A stretch of DNA of 56,224 nucleotides from a virus (lineage: Duplodnaviria; Caudoviricetes). Of the stretch, positions 36,329-45,342 are shown piece after piece. Both the position numbers and the translations under genes were made by a program. Every line of letters begins with the position of its first letter. Within the stretch, counting starts at the first letter, position 1. Location: positions 1-56,224 of the IMG/VR virus record IMGVR_UViG_3300020045_004866. One strand, written 5' to 3'. The notes below the pieces were generated by a model. It did no database searches, was not told the DNA's origin, and was given only the letters and a program-made list of their open reading frames with translations.

Positions 36329-37609
36329 TTACTCGCCCCAAACGCCGTTATCCCACACAGGGACATACGGTTGTAATTCATAGCCACGCGCTGGAACTTT
36401 TGCCCCTGACACGATGGCTACATAATTGAATGCGTCTTGATGTTTTATGACTGCACTGGCACAAGCATTGAACTCTGGTAATAACACATTTTGTTGTGAA
36501 ACATTAGCGAACTGTCCGCCATCCATGAGTAAAATCATGCCATCGTGCGCCGTGACCATGTAGCCATACTGACCAGTGCCACCGGCAATAAACTCCGCTG
36601 GTATAAGTTGTTGACTGCCAAGCAAAGGGCATGAAGTGTGCTGTTTTTTTGCTTGTGAAAAGTCGCCCAGTGCTTCTGCACCGTGACTTGGTTGTCTGCC
36701 ACTAATCCAGAATAATCCGTCTTTCTCTGTGCCTACCCATAGCCCAGACTCGTACGGACATAGTGCCGTGATGTTACTTGGGTATTGGTAGTTATCGAAT
36801 GGGTTCCAACGCTCGTATTGCTTTGGTAGCGAGTAAAACAGTGTTTTACCTTGGGCAATAAACAAATGACTGTAATGGTGAGTAATCAATTGTCCTGTCG
36901 GTGCAGGGAAAATTCCTACGGTGTCCAATGGCTTGGTATGAGCGTCAATTTCATAAATGGTCACTTCTGACGTGCCAGTGGCGATAACACCCTGTCTAAA
37001 TAATTCGCTACCGTCTCGCTGACTAACGTAGATTGCTAAATACGTTGACCGCGCATCATGAGGGACAAACATATCAGTGAGCCTAATCGCTTTATTGTCT
37101 GCCGATAGCGTGATTAGGCGCGGCTCTGCCGTGCCTGACTCCATGCCATTATCATCCAATAGTGCGACTGCCACTAGATACTTACCTGCCAGTAACACGC
37201 CACCATTAGCTTCGGTTAGTGTTGGTTGTCGCATTACTATTTCTTGTCCAAATATCTTTGCAACGCTCCCAGAAATAACGCCATTAACTGAGCTGCCGAC
37301 ATAATAATAATTGCCATTAGCGCGAGTGAAATCAAGGCGTATTCGCCCAATCCCAGCTCGTAATGTTGATACCGTGTAATCACTAAACACCTCTTTTAAA
37401 TCGCCGTCTATCACTGCAAAACAACGTAAATCATCACTCCAGATAGAGGTCACTTCCCCCGCTATCACCTCACCAAACCCATTGCGCTGACTAGCGATAC
37501 CCGAACTATCGACATTCAAGTTAGTCATTTCACGCACAAAACCATCTGGCAAGCGTTCAAGACGTGCTGTGTTGTTTATGCCTTTGGTGAAGGGGATGGT
37601 GATTGGCAT
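36329..37609 (-). CDS. Tail nozzle / stabilisation protein (tail tubular B-like)
   Basis: FTKGINN..N.NVD..G...R.G N-terminus, beta-propeller-like, follows adaptor. Confidence 0.6.
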   Translation of the reverse strand: MPITIPFTKGINNTARLERLPDGFVREMTNLNVDSSGIASQRNGFGEVIAGEVTSIWSDDLRCFAVIDGDLKEVFSDYTVSTLRAGIGRIRLDFTRANGNYYYVGSSVNGVISGSVAKIFGQEIVMRQPTLTEANGGVLLAGKYLVAVALLDDNGMESGTAEPRLITLSADNKAIRLTDMFVPHDARSTYLAIYVSQRDGSELFRQGVIATGTSEVTIYEIDAHTKPLDTVGIFPAPTGQLITHHYSHLFIAQGKTLFYSLPKQYERWNPFDNYQYPSNITALCPYESGLWVGTEKDGLFWISGRQPSHGAEALGDFSQAKKQHTSCPLLGSQQLIPAEFIAGGTGQYGYMVTAHDGMILLMDGGQFANVSQQNVLLPEFNACASAVIKHQDAFNYVAIVSGAKVPARGYELQPYVPVWDNGVWGE

Positions 37610-37611
37610 GG

Positions 37612-37995
37612 CTACACTAAAGTAGTATTGGTATTAACGGAATAAGTAATGCTATCAGTATCACCATGCGTCATGACAATGCGCCAGTTTTTAGGGATAA
37701 AGTCATTAGCCGTTAAGTTTGTCGCGTCCGTTGCGTTTGGAAATACCCGTAAAACCGTTGTACCAGTGCCAGTAATCGCCGCGCCAACAAGAATATCATA
37801 ATAATTTCCGCTTGCGTCCTTGCCTTGAATCTTTGGCACTACGCTAGGGGTAGCGGTCACTGCTGACACAACAATAGATATATGAACACCATTGTAATCA
37901 ACATTAACTTGGTCGTCACTGGTAACTGTTGCAGTTCTTGCCGCAGATGCTAAAACAACAAATGAGCCAGCATTATTTAATAATTGTGTGTACAT
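37612..37995 (-). CDS. Putative virion protein
   Basis: LASAARTAT..IQGKD.SG.YYDIL. Confidence 0.55.
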   Translation of the reverse strand: MYTQLLNNAGSFVVLASAARTATVTSDDQVNVDYNGVHISIVVSAVTATPSVVPKIQGKDASGNYYDILVGAAITGTGTTVLRVFPNATDATNLTANDFIPKNWRIVMTHGDTDSITYSVNTNTTLV

Positions 37996-37998
37996 GGA

Positions 37999-38649
37999 TT
38001 ATCTCTGATTAGTTTCAAATTGATGTTGACGCACAGTGGAAGGAACAGGTTTTCCGAATGTTTGATTAAACAAAGCAAGATGTTCTGCTGACCTGCGTTC
38101 ATCCTTAACTGCCATGTGTTCATCGGATGCCACCTCGCTACTGTAGGCTTTATGACAAACCCAGTGAATAAGCTTTTCATGGTATTCAATTGGGATAACA
38201 GGCGTATCTGTGGTAAGAGTAAAGTCCGCCGATGGATAGATAAAGCCCTCGATATATACCTTTAGTCCTGTATCGGTAGCGTTTGGCTTAGGAGTAAAAG
38301 TAACTAAGTTTCCGCGCACGATGTAATTTATATCGATGCTTTCGCTAAATCCTGATCGTGTACGCCAGTCTTGTGCTAATTGTTCTGGCAATGATTTTTT
38401 TAATTCTCTGTCCTCGAAAGTTAAAAAAAGCAATCTGGTTAAATTTATTGGTAAAACGTAACTCCCTGTATCAGCCGCAAGGGTTAAATACAGGGAATCG
38501 GTAAAAATAAAGTCCGTGCGATTGCAAGCTTGACGTTGTGCCTCTGAAAAATTACGCAGAAACCACGCATCATCCCAAGTTTGACCGGGTGTAGTTGCAT
38601 CGTTTAAGTAATCACGTCTAGCAATAGTTATCAGGCTTGCAATGTTCAT
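37999..38649 (-). CDS. Head-tail adaptor (tail tubular A-like)
   Basis: W.D...R..SEAQRQAC, P.IP.EYHE.L..W..KAY. Confidence 0.7.
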   Translation of the reverse strand: MNIASLITIARRDYLNDATTPGQTWDDAWFLRNFSEAQRQACNRTDFIFTDSLYLTLAADTGSYVLPINLTRLLFLTFEDRELKKSLPEQLAQDWRTRSGFSESIDINYIVRGNLVTFTPKPNATDTGLKVYIEGFIYPSADFTLTTDTPVIPIEYHEKLIHWVCHKAYSSEVASDEHMAVKDERRSAEHLALFNQTFGKPVPSTVRQHQFETNQR

Positions 38650-39315
38650 TTATACGCCTACCATCTTAGCATTAGTAGACGCATCAACAGCCATCCAGAC
38701 AATAACTTCTGAACCGTCTAACGCACTGGTAAACGCAATCGTGCCGCGCTTATCAGCATCGGCACTCGTTGAACCAATGACAACAGTTAATCCGCCGCCA
38801 TCTAATACCGCACCAAACCACGCTTGAAGTAAATCAGGTCTTGCATTGAGCTTTACTGGCAAGCCAAGTTTTGAACCTGTGCCAACTGTTACATCCGTCG
38901 CGCCTAAGCCAGTACCGCCAGCAGGGGTGATTGATGTAATTGTCTTGAACGCCTTAGCACCTTGAATGGTTGCTGTGCCGTTTAACGTAATGGTTTCTGT
39001 GATGACATTGCCATACACGTCAGTACCGATAACATTAAGGATTGCGTCCGCACCACTTGCGCCCGTTGCCGTGATGTTGCGCGGTACGTCTAGCGTAGTA
39101 TGTGCCAGCGTTAAGGCAGTAACCGCTGCGTCTACGATAGCCTGTGATTCGGCGATATAATTAACATCTGCTACGACAGGACTACCTAAGCTAATTTTGC
39201 TGATTAGATTCACTGGATAACCAGCTACGCCATCTTTATTGTCATTGATAGGTGCGTAGTAAGCATCACCGAACATCAGTGTTACTAATCGCCCTAGGGA
39301 TTGAAAAAGTGCCAT
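38650..39315 (-). CDS. Putative minor capsid / head protein
   Basis: DVPRNITAT..GTDVYG..ETI..GAKAFKTITSI; directly after MCP. Confidence 0.6.
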   Translation of the reverse strand: MALFQSLGRLVTLMFGDAYYAPINDNKDGVAGYPVNLISKISLGSPVVADVNYIAESQAIVDAAVTALTLAHTTLDVPRNITATGASGADAILNVIGTDVYGNVITETITLNGTATIQGAKAFKTITSITPAGGTGLGATDVTVGTGSKLGLPVKLNARPDLLQAWFGAVLDGGGLTVVIGSTSADADKRGTIAFTSALDGSEVIVWMAVDASTNAKMVGV

Positions 39316-39331
39316 TTATATTTTCCTGTTC

Positions 39332-39365
39332 AAAAATCTGGAACGGGGATTTTCCCGTTCCAGAT
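39332..39365 (-). terminator. Terminator/attenuator after major capsid gene
   Basis: Perfect 12-bp stem ATCTGGAACGGG/CCCGTTCCAGAT followed by TTTT. Confidence 0.75.
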
Positions 39366-39384
39366 ATACGATTAACTGCTATTG

Positions 39385-40299
39385 CTAACTTCCCAAACTT
39401 CCCCAGATACAGCGTGGGTTGAAGTGTCCGAATGAATAGCGTTCACTGGCATAGCCTTGGAATGAACGGGTATTAGCATCAAACTCAGTTTCAAAGCTAA
39501 ATGCACGGCGTTTGTAATGAATCAAACCTTTCGGTGCATCCGTTTTGATAAACCACGCATCAGGGTCGATGATGCGGTTCATTTTGATAGGAGGCTTACC
39601 GAATAACCCCATGTCCTTAATCCAGTTTGCATCATTGTTGTTCGTACCCGGTCTTAGCGTACTTTGCAACAACCGATGAGCAACAGTAACTAAATCAGGC
39701 GGGATAATTAGGTCTTGTGGATTCAAGGCAATCTGCAAACCCTTTTCATCAACAGCGCGTTCAATCATTATTCGCGCCGTGTCTAATGAGGTTTCAGACA
39801 ACTGCATCCCGGACAGGAAGTTGCTGTATGTCGAGCCATTAGCCAATGGGTGCGCAGTGGATAACAACGCCACACCATCACCGCCTTTAAAATCACGGCT
39901 TGTTGATGTCGCATTATTGAACAATGCCGCGCCCTGAATCTCTTTAGTTTCCCAAAAAGAATTGGACAACTGCTTACCTGAGTCCTTGCCAATGTCCTCA
40001 TACTGCCCATCCTCAATAGCGATACGGGAAATAGAGAAGCCTAGCGCGTACTCTTTATGGATAAATTGCTTTAACCATTCGTCTTTGCCGCCATCCATCG
40101 GGGTAGCCGCTGATTCACTAACTTGGTACGCTGTACCCATGCCAGAAGTCATCAGCATTTCTTCTTTGTACTTTGTTGAGTTACGGGTTTCGTACACTTG
40201 TTGCCATTGAATAGGCTTTTTCGCGTACTCTGCGTTCATCACAAAATCAATACCAACACGCAGTCTATGCTGTTGGGCTGTGCTTAATAAAATAGCCAT
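39385..40299 (-). CDS. Major capsid protein (Mu gpT-like family)
   Basis: YALGFSISR.AIED, GGDGVALLSTAHP, LIIPPDL, DAWFIKTD, ERYSFG. Confidence 0.9.
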   Translation of the reverse strand: MAILLSTAQQHRLRVGIDFVMNAEYAKKPIQWQQVYETRNSTKYKEEMLMTSGMGTAYQVSESAATPMDGGKDEWLKQFIHKEYALGFSISRIAIEDGQYEDIGKDSGKQLSNSFWETKEIQGAALFNNATSTSRDFKGGDGVALLSTAHPLANGSTYSNFLSGMQLSETSLDTARIMIERAVDEKGLQIALNPQDLIIPPDLVTVAHRLLQSTLRPGTNNNDANWIKDMGLFGKPPIKMNRIIDPDAWFIKTDAPKGLIHYKRRAFSFETEFDANTRSFQGYASERYSFGHFNPRCIWGSLGS

Positions 40300-40838
40300 T
40301 AGATACCACCTACGCCAGCGGAAACACCGCGTAATGCGTGTTCGATGAAAATACCAGTGACAATGCGAGTGTTATCACCTACTCGTTTCGACAAGCCAGT
40401 AATACGGAATGCCTTGTCAGTTGTCGCCAGCGAAGAAATGCCTAGTGTCACGCCGCTTGTTCCACTAACTGAACTGCCAGCCGCGTACACAAAATCGTAC
40501 AACGCACCAACATTAGCTTCGGTAACAGCATCATCCGCCAAAACCTCAAACACGATGTTTGGGTCATCAAATACCAGTGCCTTAATGTCTGACTCACCGC
40601 TAGGCGCGTCATAATTTGGGACAACTTGATACATACCCTTGGCATCTGTATAGCTGCAACCTGCAAAAATACCGATAATTAAATCACCTGCCGCTGCTAC
40701 CGTAATACTGCCATCAGTCACTTGTTTGACTGGATCCCCGTAATAGATGGCTGCCGCCGATGTGCCTACACTGTACTCAGTGGGTGCAATGCACTCATCC
40801 TGCGACACAGTTTTTAATGGTTTAAATCCAAAAGCCAT
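40299..40838 (-). CDS. Capsid cement/decoration protein
   Basis: FGFKP..IYYGDPV..GIFAGC..DDPNIVFEV; directly before MCP. Confidence 0.7.
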   Translation of the reverse strand: MAFGFKPLKTVSQDECIAPTEYSVGTSAAAIYYGDPVKQVTDGSITVAAAGDLIIGIFAGCSYTDAKGMYQVVPNYDAPSGESDIKALVFDDPNIVFEVLADDAVTEANVGALYDFVYAAGSSVSGTSGVTLGISSLATTDKAFRITGLSKRVGDNTRIVTGIFIEHALRGVSAGVGGI

Positions 40839-40855
40839 GATGGCTCTCCTTAAAA

Positions 40856-41377
40856 TTAATCGTCAATAATCGGAATGTCGCCGCGCTTCATTGGCGAGAC
40901 AAAAGCCGAAGGAATGTTCTTGTTGAGACTGTCGTTAAAGATTGTCTCCTGTGATTGTTGTTGTAAATCAACGCGTTTTTGAAGTGAACGTTTGTAAGCG
41001 TCAAAATGCGCCTGTGGAATTGCCATTAGAATAAGGTCATGCGTACCGACAACACCCTCTTGTTCGCTAAATTTAGTTGTCGGCAAGTACGGCGTATCAA
41101 AACCGTTCTCTTTTGCCGCCTGATTTAGCGTATCAATCATGACTGGTCGCCAACCTTTGCTAATCGACTTCATGACGTTTTTGGTATCATCTTCACCCAT
41201 ATTCTTGACACGATGCCATTGTAAAACCATGCCTTCAATCTTTGGCAGTTTTTCAATTGCATACGGGTTCATGACATCAAAAAATTCATTAATCTTTTCG
41301 ATGCTACGGGTATCGATATGGGCTTCTCTTTGTCCGCGAGTATCAGACGATGATACTGCTGTTTTATGCTCTGCCAT
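40856..41377 (-). CDS. Conserved head-module protein
   Basis: W.R..GW.PV..LILM.IP; between scaffold and cement. Confidence 0.65.
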   Translation of the reverse strand: MAEHKTAVSSSDTRGQREAHIDTRSIEKINEFFDVMNPYAIEKLPKIEGMVLQWHRVKNMGEDDTKNVMKSISKGWRPVMIDTLNQAAKENGFDTPYLPTTKFSEQEGVVGTHDLILMAIPQAHFDAYKRSLQKRVDLQQQSQETIFNDSLNKNIPSAFVSPMKRGDIPIIDD

Positions 41378-42143
41378 TTGCCGCGCTCCGTTTTGATTTT
41401 AAATAGTTTTGTTGAACCGATTTGTCTTTGTAGTCGTAGCCAAGTTCTTTAATGTGTTCTATGTCCGCACGGGTTAAGCCCTGCGTAGAATTATTGCCGA
41501 CTTCTGAGCTACCAACACCGTTGCCAGCTTGTGCCGGAGGTCTAACGCGATGGATATTTTTATCCAATTGTTTCCACAACGCTTCGTCTCTAAATCCGTT
41601 GTCATGCAATTGCTTAATGATTCTATCGGTTTTCGCTACCTTATCAGGGTCATTGATAATATCCTGATTTCTAGCCATCCATGCCGCTTGCGCTGGTGGA
41701 ATTTCTGGCTGTGTGGGTTGCTGTACTTGTTGCTGTACTGGCTGTTGTTGTACCGGTTGCCTTTGGCTATTTAGCCTAGCATCCATAAGCGCGTCGTCAA
41801 TTTCAGTAACGCGGTCATAATCGCCAATTTCTAACGCTTCTTTCTTTTCTGCGCGTAATGCTGCGACTTGTTCGGTGTTCTTAGCTTCGTTGATCTCAGC
41901 TAAACGCTTAGCGAGTTCGCTTGCTGTTTGCTCGGCTATTGCCGCCCGTTCTTCTGCCGATTTAGCTTTCCACGTTAATTCATTAATCCGCTTTTCAGCG
42001 CGTGTAGGCTTTTTTTCGGCTTGCTGTTCAGGTTCAGCTACATCAATAACGGTATCGTCACCGTCATACTGGTCATCGTCCGATGAATCAACCGACAAAT
42101 CAAGGTTGTCTAGGTCGTCATCGTAGTCTTCATTAAAACTCAT
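41364..42143 (-). CDS. Scaffolding protein
   Basis: Acidic N-terminus, KRINELT coiled coil, C-terminal YLKSK. Confidence 0.7.
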   Translation of the reverse strand: MSFNEDYDDDLDNLDLSVDSSDDDQYDGDDTVIDVAEPEQQAEKKPTRAEKRINELTWKAKSAEERAAIAEQTASELAKRLAEINEAKNTEQVAALRAEKKEALEIGDYDRVTEIDDALMDARLNSQRQPVQQQPVQQQVQQPTQPEIPPAQAAWMARNQDIINDPDKVAKTDRIIKQLHDNGFRDEALWKQLDKNIHRVRPPAQAGNGVGSSEVGNNSTQGLTRADIEHIKELGYDYKDKSVQQNYLKSKRSAANGRA

Positions 42144-42463
42144 GGAATTAATCCTCTTAAATTAATCATTGGGTACGTTGCAAGTCTAAATGAACCAGTA
42201 TAAGTCGTTGCCTCTCCGGCAGTATGCGGTTCAAACCAAATTGACGGCTTCTTACGCCAATAGATAATACGATTCTCCCCATCTTCCACATTTGATTCAT
42301 TCAATAAATTTCTTATCGACTGAATATATGATGCTAATTTTTGAGCGACTTCAAATTGACTATCTGACCGATAAATAAAATTTACATACTCAGAAATATT
42401 TCCATTTTTATCGTGAAAATATCCTTTAGATGCACCGTCTATTTCAAATATGCCGTCACTCAT
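42140..42463 (-). CDS. Hypothetical protein inserted in head module
   Basis: AT-rich ORF with ATGA overlaps both sides. Confidence 0.6.
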   Translation of the reverse strand: MSDGIFEIDGASKGYFHDKNGNISEYVNFIYRSDSQFEVAQKLASYIQSIRNLLNESNVEDGENRIIYWRKKPSIWFEPHTAGEATTYTGSFRLATYPMINLRGLIP

Positions 42464-42858
42464 AAAAGTGCCTCGATAACCGCAGTATCGTTGATAACAC
42501 TCACTACGTTGCGGTCATTGATAAACCGTAGCTTATGCTGTTGTTTGTTGTGCGAGATAGTCAGGTTAACGCCATCGTGACATTGATAATGAATAATATC
42601 GCCAACTTTACACCATGCTTGTGATGTTCCAGTTTCACGACCACCGCGAAAAGACGGGTCATCATAACCAGAATCACCAATAGCAAGAACTTTACCTATG
42701 TTTCTGAAATGTTCAGCCGCCTTCACGCTGTCATCCAATAGGGCTATGCCGCCTTCACTTTCTTTACGCATTTTCACGGGCGCGATTAGTACCCGCCAGC
42801 CCGTAGGCTTGGGTAATAACTCAACTGGTACGCCGTCCGCTTCAAAATTTAAAGCCAT
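42460..42858 (-). CDS. groES: Co-chaperonin GroES-like
   Basis: PTGWRVLI, SEGGIAL mobile loop, GKVLAIG, WCKVGD, INDRNV. Confidence 0.85.
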   Translation of the reverse strand: MALNFEADGVPVELLPKPTGWRVLIAPVKMRKESEGGIALLDDSVKAAEHFRNIGKVLAIGDSGYDDPSFRGGRETGTSQAWCKVGDIIHYQCHDGVNLTISHNKQQHKLRFINDRNVVSVINDTAVIEALL

Positions 42859-42860
42859 CT

Positions 42861-43061
42861 TTAATCCCTCGTTTGGATTTTTTTCAAACATTTACCGATG
42901 ATTTCAAGGGAATCATCGTAACCCTTTATCTTTCCTGTCATAGACTTGTAGTTGTCAAAAGAAGAACAGCTTCCGCTTGACAGGGTAGCAACACATTCGG
43001 AACGTAGTTTTTTAATCTCATTTGCCGCTAGGAATAGCGCGTCTTCTGTGTCGTCACGCAT
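42861..43061 (-). CDS. Conserved small protein between portal and GroES
   Basis: L.SG..FDNYK..G.IKG pattern. Confidence 0.65.
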   Translation of the reverse strand: MRDDTEDALFLAANEIKKLRSECVATLSSGSCSSFDNYKSMTGKIKGYDDSLEIIGKCLKKIQTRD

Positions 43062-43075
43062 GATTATAATCCAAT

Positions 43076-43095
43076 TGTTACGTTATAACATAACA
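43076..43095. promoter_or_regulatory. 20-bp palindrome abutting portal stop
   Basis: TGTTACGTTATAACATAACA. Confidence 0.65.
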
Positions 43096-45309
43096 TTATT
43101 GTATCGGCTCGTTTCGCATGGTTTCAATGCCCGCTTTTGGCGTTGCCATCATGGGCGGTTGTTGCTCTGGTTGCGGCTGTTCTGGCATTGCTGATTCTGA
43201 TTCTTGTTGTGGGATTGGCGGGAATTGTGGACTGGTATTTTGTGGTGGAATTGCCGCAGGGTTCACCGTGCCATCACTAACCGCTGTTATAGGTGCGCCG
43301 TTCTGGTCAACAAAACCCGCTGATTTCATTAGTTCGTCAGATATTGGGATAACACCTGATTGTGTCGCAACTGCTGCACCAGCCTGAACGCCACTAAAAA
43401 TGGTCTGCATATTTTTATTAGCAATATTCGCCACCGATTCATTAGCAAGACCTTGTAAACGATTAACCTCTGCTTCCAACTTAGCCACCTGAGCATCACG
43501 CAATGGGTCTGATTTGTTTTGCTCTATCCACTTATCTTCTGGCACTGTAATACGCATTGCATTTAATACCTGTTCAAGCACCCAGCGCGGATCTACCAAT
43601 CCATCATACTTGCCAGTTATTTCTGCCAGTGCGTTAGCTTGCATGATTCTGTGCGATTTGCTTGCCGCGTCAGGCGTACTAACTGGCACAATGTCTACGC
43701 GCTCATCAAAATCACTAGCCATAATTACCGCGCTCTTGCCTTCCATGCGGTACGGATAGCCTTCGTCTGGGATATTTTCGGCGATAACATCCGCTAATAT
43801 TCTAAATTCCTGAGTCTGTGCATTGTGCAGTCGTGAATAAATCGCGCTGAATTGTATGCTTGCTTGTTCGACTAATGCCAGCACCGTGCCAACTGGCGCG
43901 TTAGACATAGCCTTATCGCCAGTCAGCACGCCGCTTGTGCCAGCCATCGATTGACCGCGTCCGTCCAAATACTCTAATGCTCTCATGAGTGCTGGGCTTG
44001 GCTCTTTAGTTGGAATTGGATAAAAGGCTTTTGCCAAGTCTTCGGGTGAGCTATCTACCTCTTGCCATGTTCCAGCGGCAGGACTCTTGCTTTTTTTATT
44101 TAGGTTTAGCTTATCGACCGCCAGCTTTGCCTCACGCGATACAAAACCACCGCCACGAGTAGATATGTTGCCGCCGTCAATGATAGTGCGCAGTATTTCT
44201 GTGTTAGCATCAATACAGCCACTTAAAAGATGATATATGCCATAGCCATAAAAACCTAAGCCTTGGGCGTAGCGATAATGTACATCGCGGACAATACGCC
44301 GCTGTTGCTCATCATCTGGCTTCCAGTTGCGCTGCAATCTCACGACTTTTTGTGTTTCACGCTCTACCCATACCATGTATGGCAAGGCGTATGGGTACCC
44401 GTCTTCCAGCTCCAAATCGCATGAACATTTATAAATCTGGTGTTGGTGTGTGCCTTGCAATGAGTTTTCTTGACTACCCTCAATCTCAATAATCGTTTTT
44501 TTAATATCGCTTATCAGTTCTTGGCTAGGCTCTGAAATATCATCATCAATGTAAAAGCCGCTGGATTGATTGCGCTGGAATATCGAGCGTGACTCGTAGT
44601 ACCACTGAGTGTATCGTGGGGTAGTTTCTAAGTCGGTAGCGTTCCACGGCACAATAAACTGGCTTGGCTCGATAAATTTTGCATGGAATGTTTTGGTGCG
44701 TTCGCAATAAAAAATAGTCTTAAAACAACTGCCTGAAATTGGAAGCCTGAAAAGTAGCCGATCCATTTCATTGAACTCGTCTGGTATTGCTTGCGTGTAT
44801 TGATAGTTCATAAAACCCTCAACACGCTCAGCCTGACTACGCACACCTTGGTCTTCTTCACCCATGATGATAGTCTTAACGATTTTACCGTTTGGAGGGC
44901 GTAACTCGATTAATGCGCGATTATGCACCTGCTCAACTGCTTCAATAAACAATGGATGTGTTGCATTAGTCGCTCCTTCATATTCGGTTTCATGCGCTTC
45001 TTTGCTGATACCAAGTGCCTTTAACGCTTTCTTTTCCATGTCAATCCACGGCTTACGCGCCGCTTCATCATCACGCACCCACGTTAAAACATCCTGTCCT
45101 AGACGTGCTACTAGCTGCTGGTCAATTTCCGGATTACCAACTAAATTATCATAATGCCCGCCGCCACTGGACAAATCCAGCCCGGTTAAATCAATACCCA
45201 TTGCTTCTAGTTCTGCGATTTCATCGGGCGTTAGAACTGATAGCGGATCTATTCCGCCTTGTTGTGCCGCTTCTAGGATGTCGAGTGCGTTCATTTTTTG
45301 ATGTGCCAA
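43096..45309 (-). CDS. Portal protein
   Basis: HPLF.EAV, FMNYQ, GLGFYGYG, APVGT.LAL.E, FSAIY.RLH, DFDERVDI.PVS; follows TerL; start codon uncertain. Confidence 0.9.
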   Translation of the reverse strand: MAHQKMNALDILEAAQQGGIDPLSVLTPDEIAELEAMGIDLTGLDLSSGGGHYDNLVGNPEIDQQLVARLGQDVLTWVRDDEAARKPWIDMEKKALKALGISKEAHETEYEGATNATHPLFIEAVEQVHNRALIELRPPNGKIVKTIIMGEEDQGVRSQAERVEGFMNYQYTQAIPDEFNEMDRLLFRLPISGSCFKTIFYCERTKTFHAKFIEPSQFIVPWNATDLETTPRYTQWYYESRSIFQRNQSSGFYIDDDISEPSQELISDIKKTIIEIEGSQENSLQGTHQHQIYKCSCDLELEDGYPYALPYMVWVERETQKVVRLQRNWKPDDEQQRRIVRDVHYRYAQGLGFYGYGIYHLLSGCIDANTEILRTIIDGGNISTRGGGFVSREAKLAVDKLNLNKKSKSPAAGTWQEVDSSPEDLAKAFYPIPTKEPSPALMRALEYLDGRGQSMAGTSGVLTGDKAMSNAPVGTVLALVEQASIQFSAIYSRLHNAQTQEFRILADVIAENIPDEGYPYRMEGKSAVIMASDFDERVDIVPVSTPDAASKSHRIMQANALAEITGKYDGLVDPRWVLEQVLNAMRITVPEDKWIEQNKSDPLRDAQVAKLEAEVNRLQGLANESVANIANKNMQTIFSGVQAGAAVATQSGVIPISDELMKSAGFVDQNGAPITAVSDGTVNPAAIPPQNTSPQFPPIPQQESESAMPEQPQPEQQPPMMATPKAGIETMRNEPIQ

Positions 45310-45317
45310 TATGCTAA

Positions 45318-45337
45318 TGTTATGTTATATCATAACA
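45318..45337. promoter_or_regulatory. 20-bp palindrome upstream of portal start
   Basis: TGTTATGTTATATCATAACA; contains TGtTATGAT on minus strand. Confidence 0.65.
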
Positions 45338-45342
45338 CAATG

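Noticed and set aside
39370-39390. TAG CAA after major capsid gene as readthrough signal
   Set aside because: A second in-frame TAG follows immediately
41720-41765. QQPVQQQPVQQQVQQP repeat in scaffold
   Set aside because: Ordinary low-complexity linker
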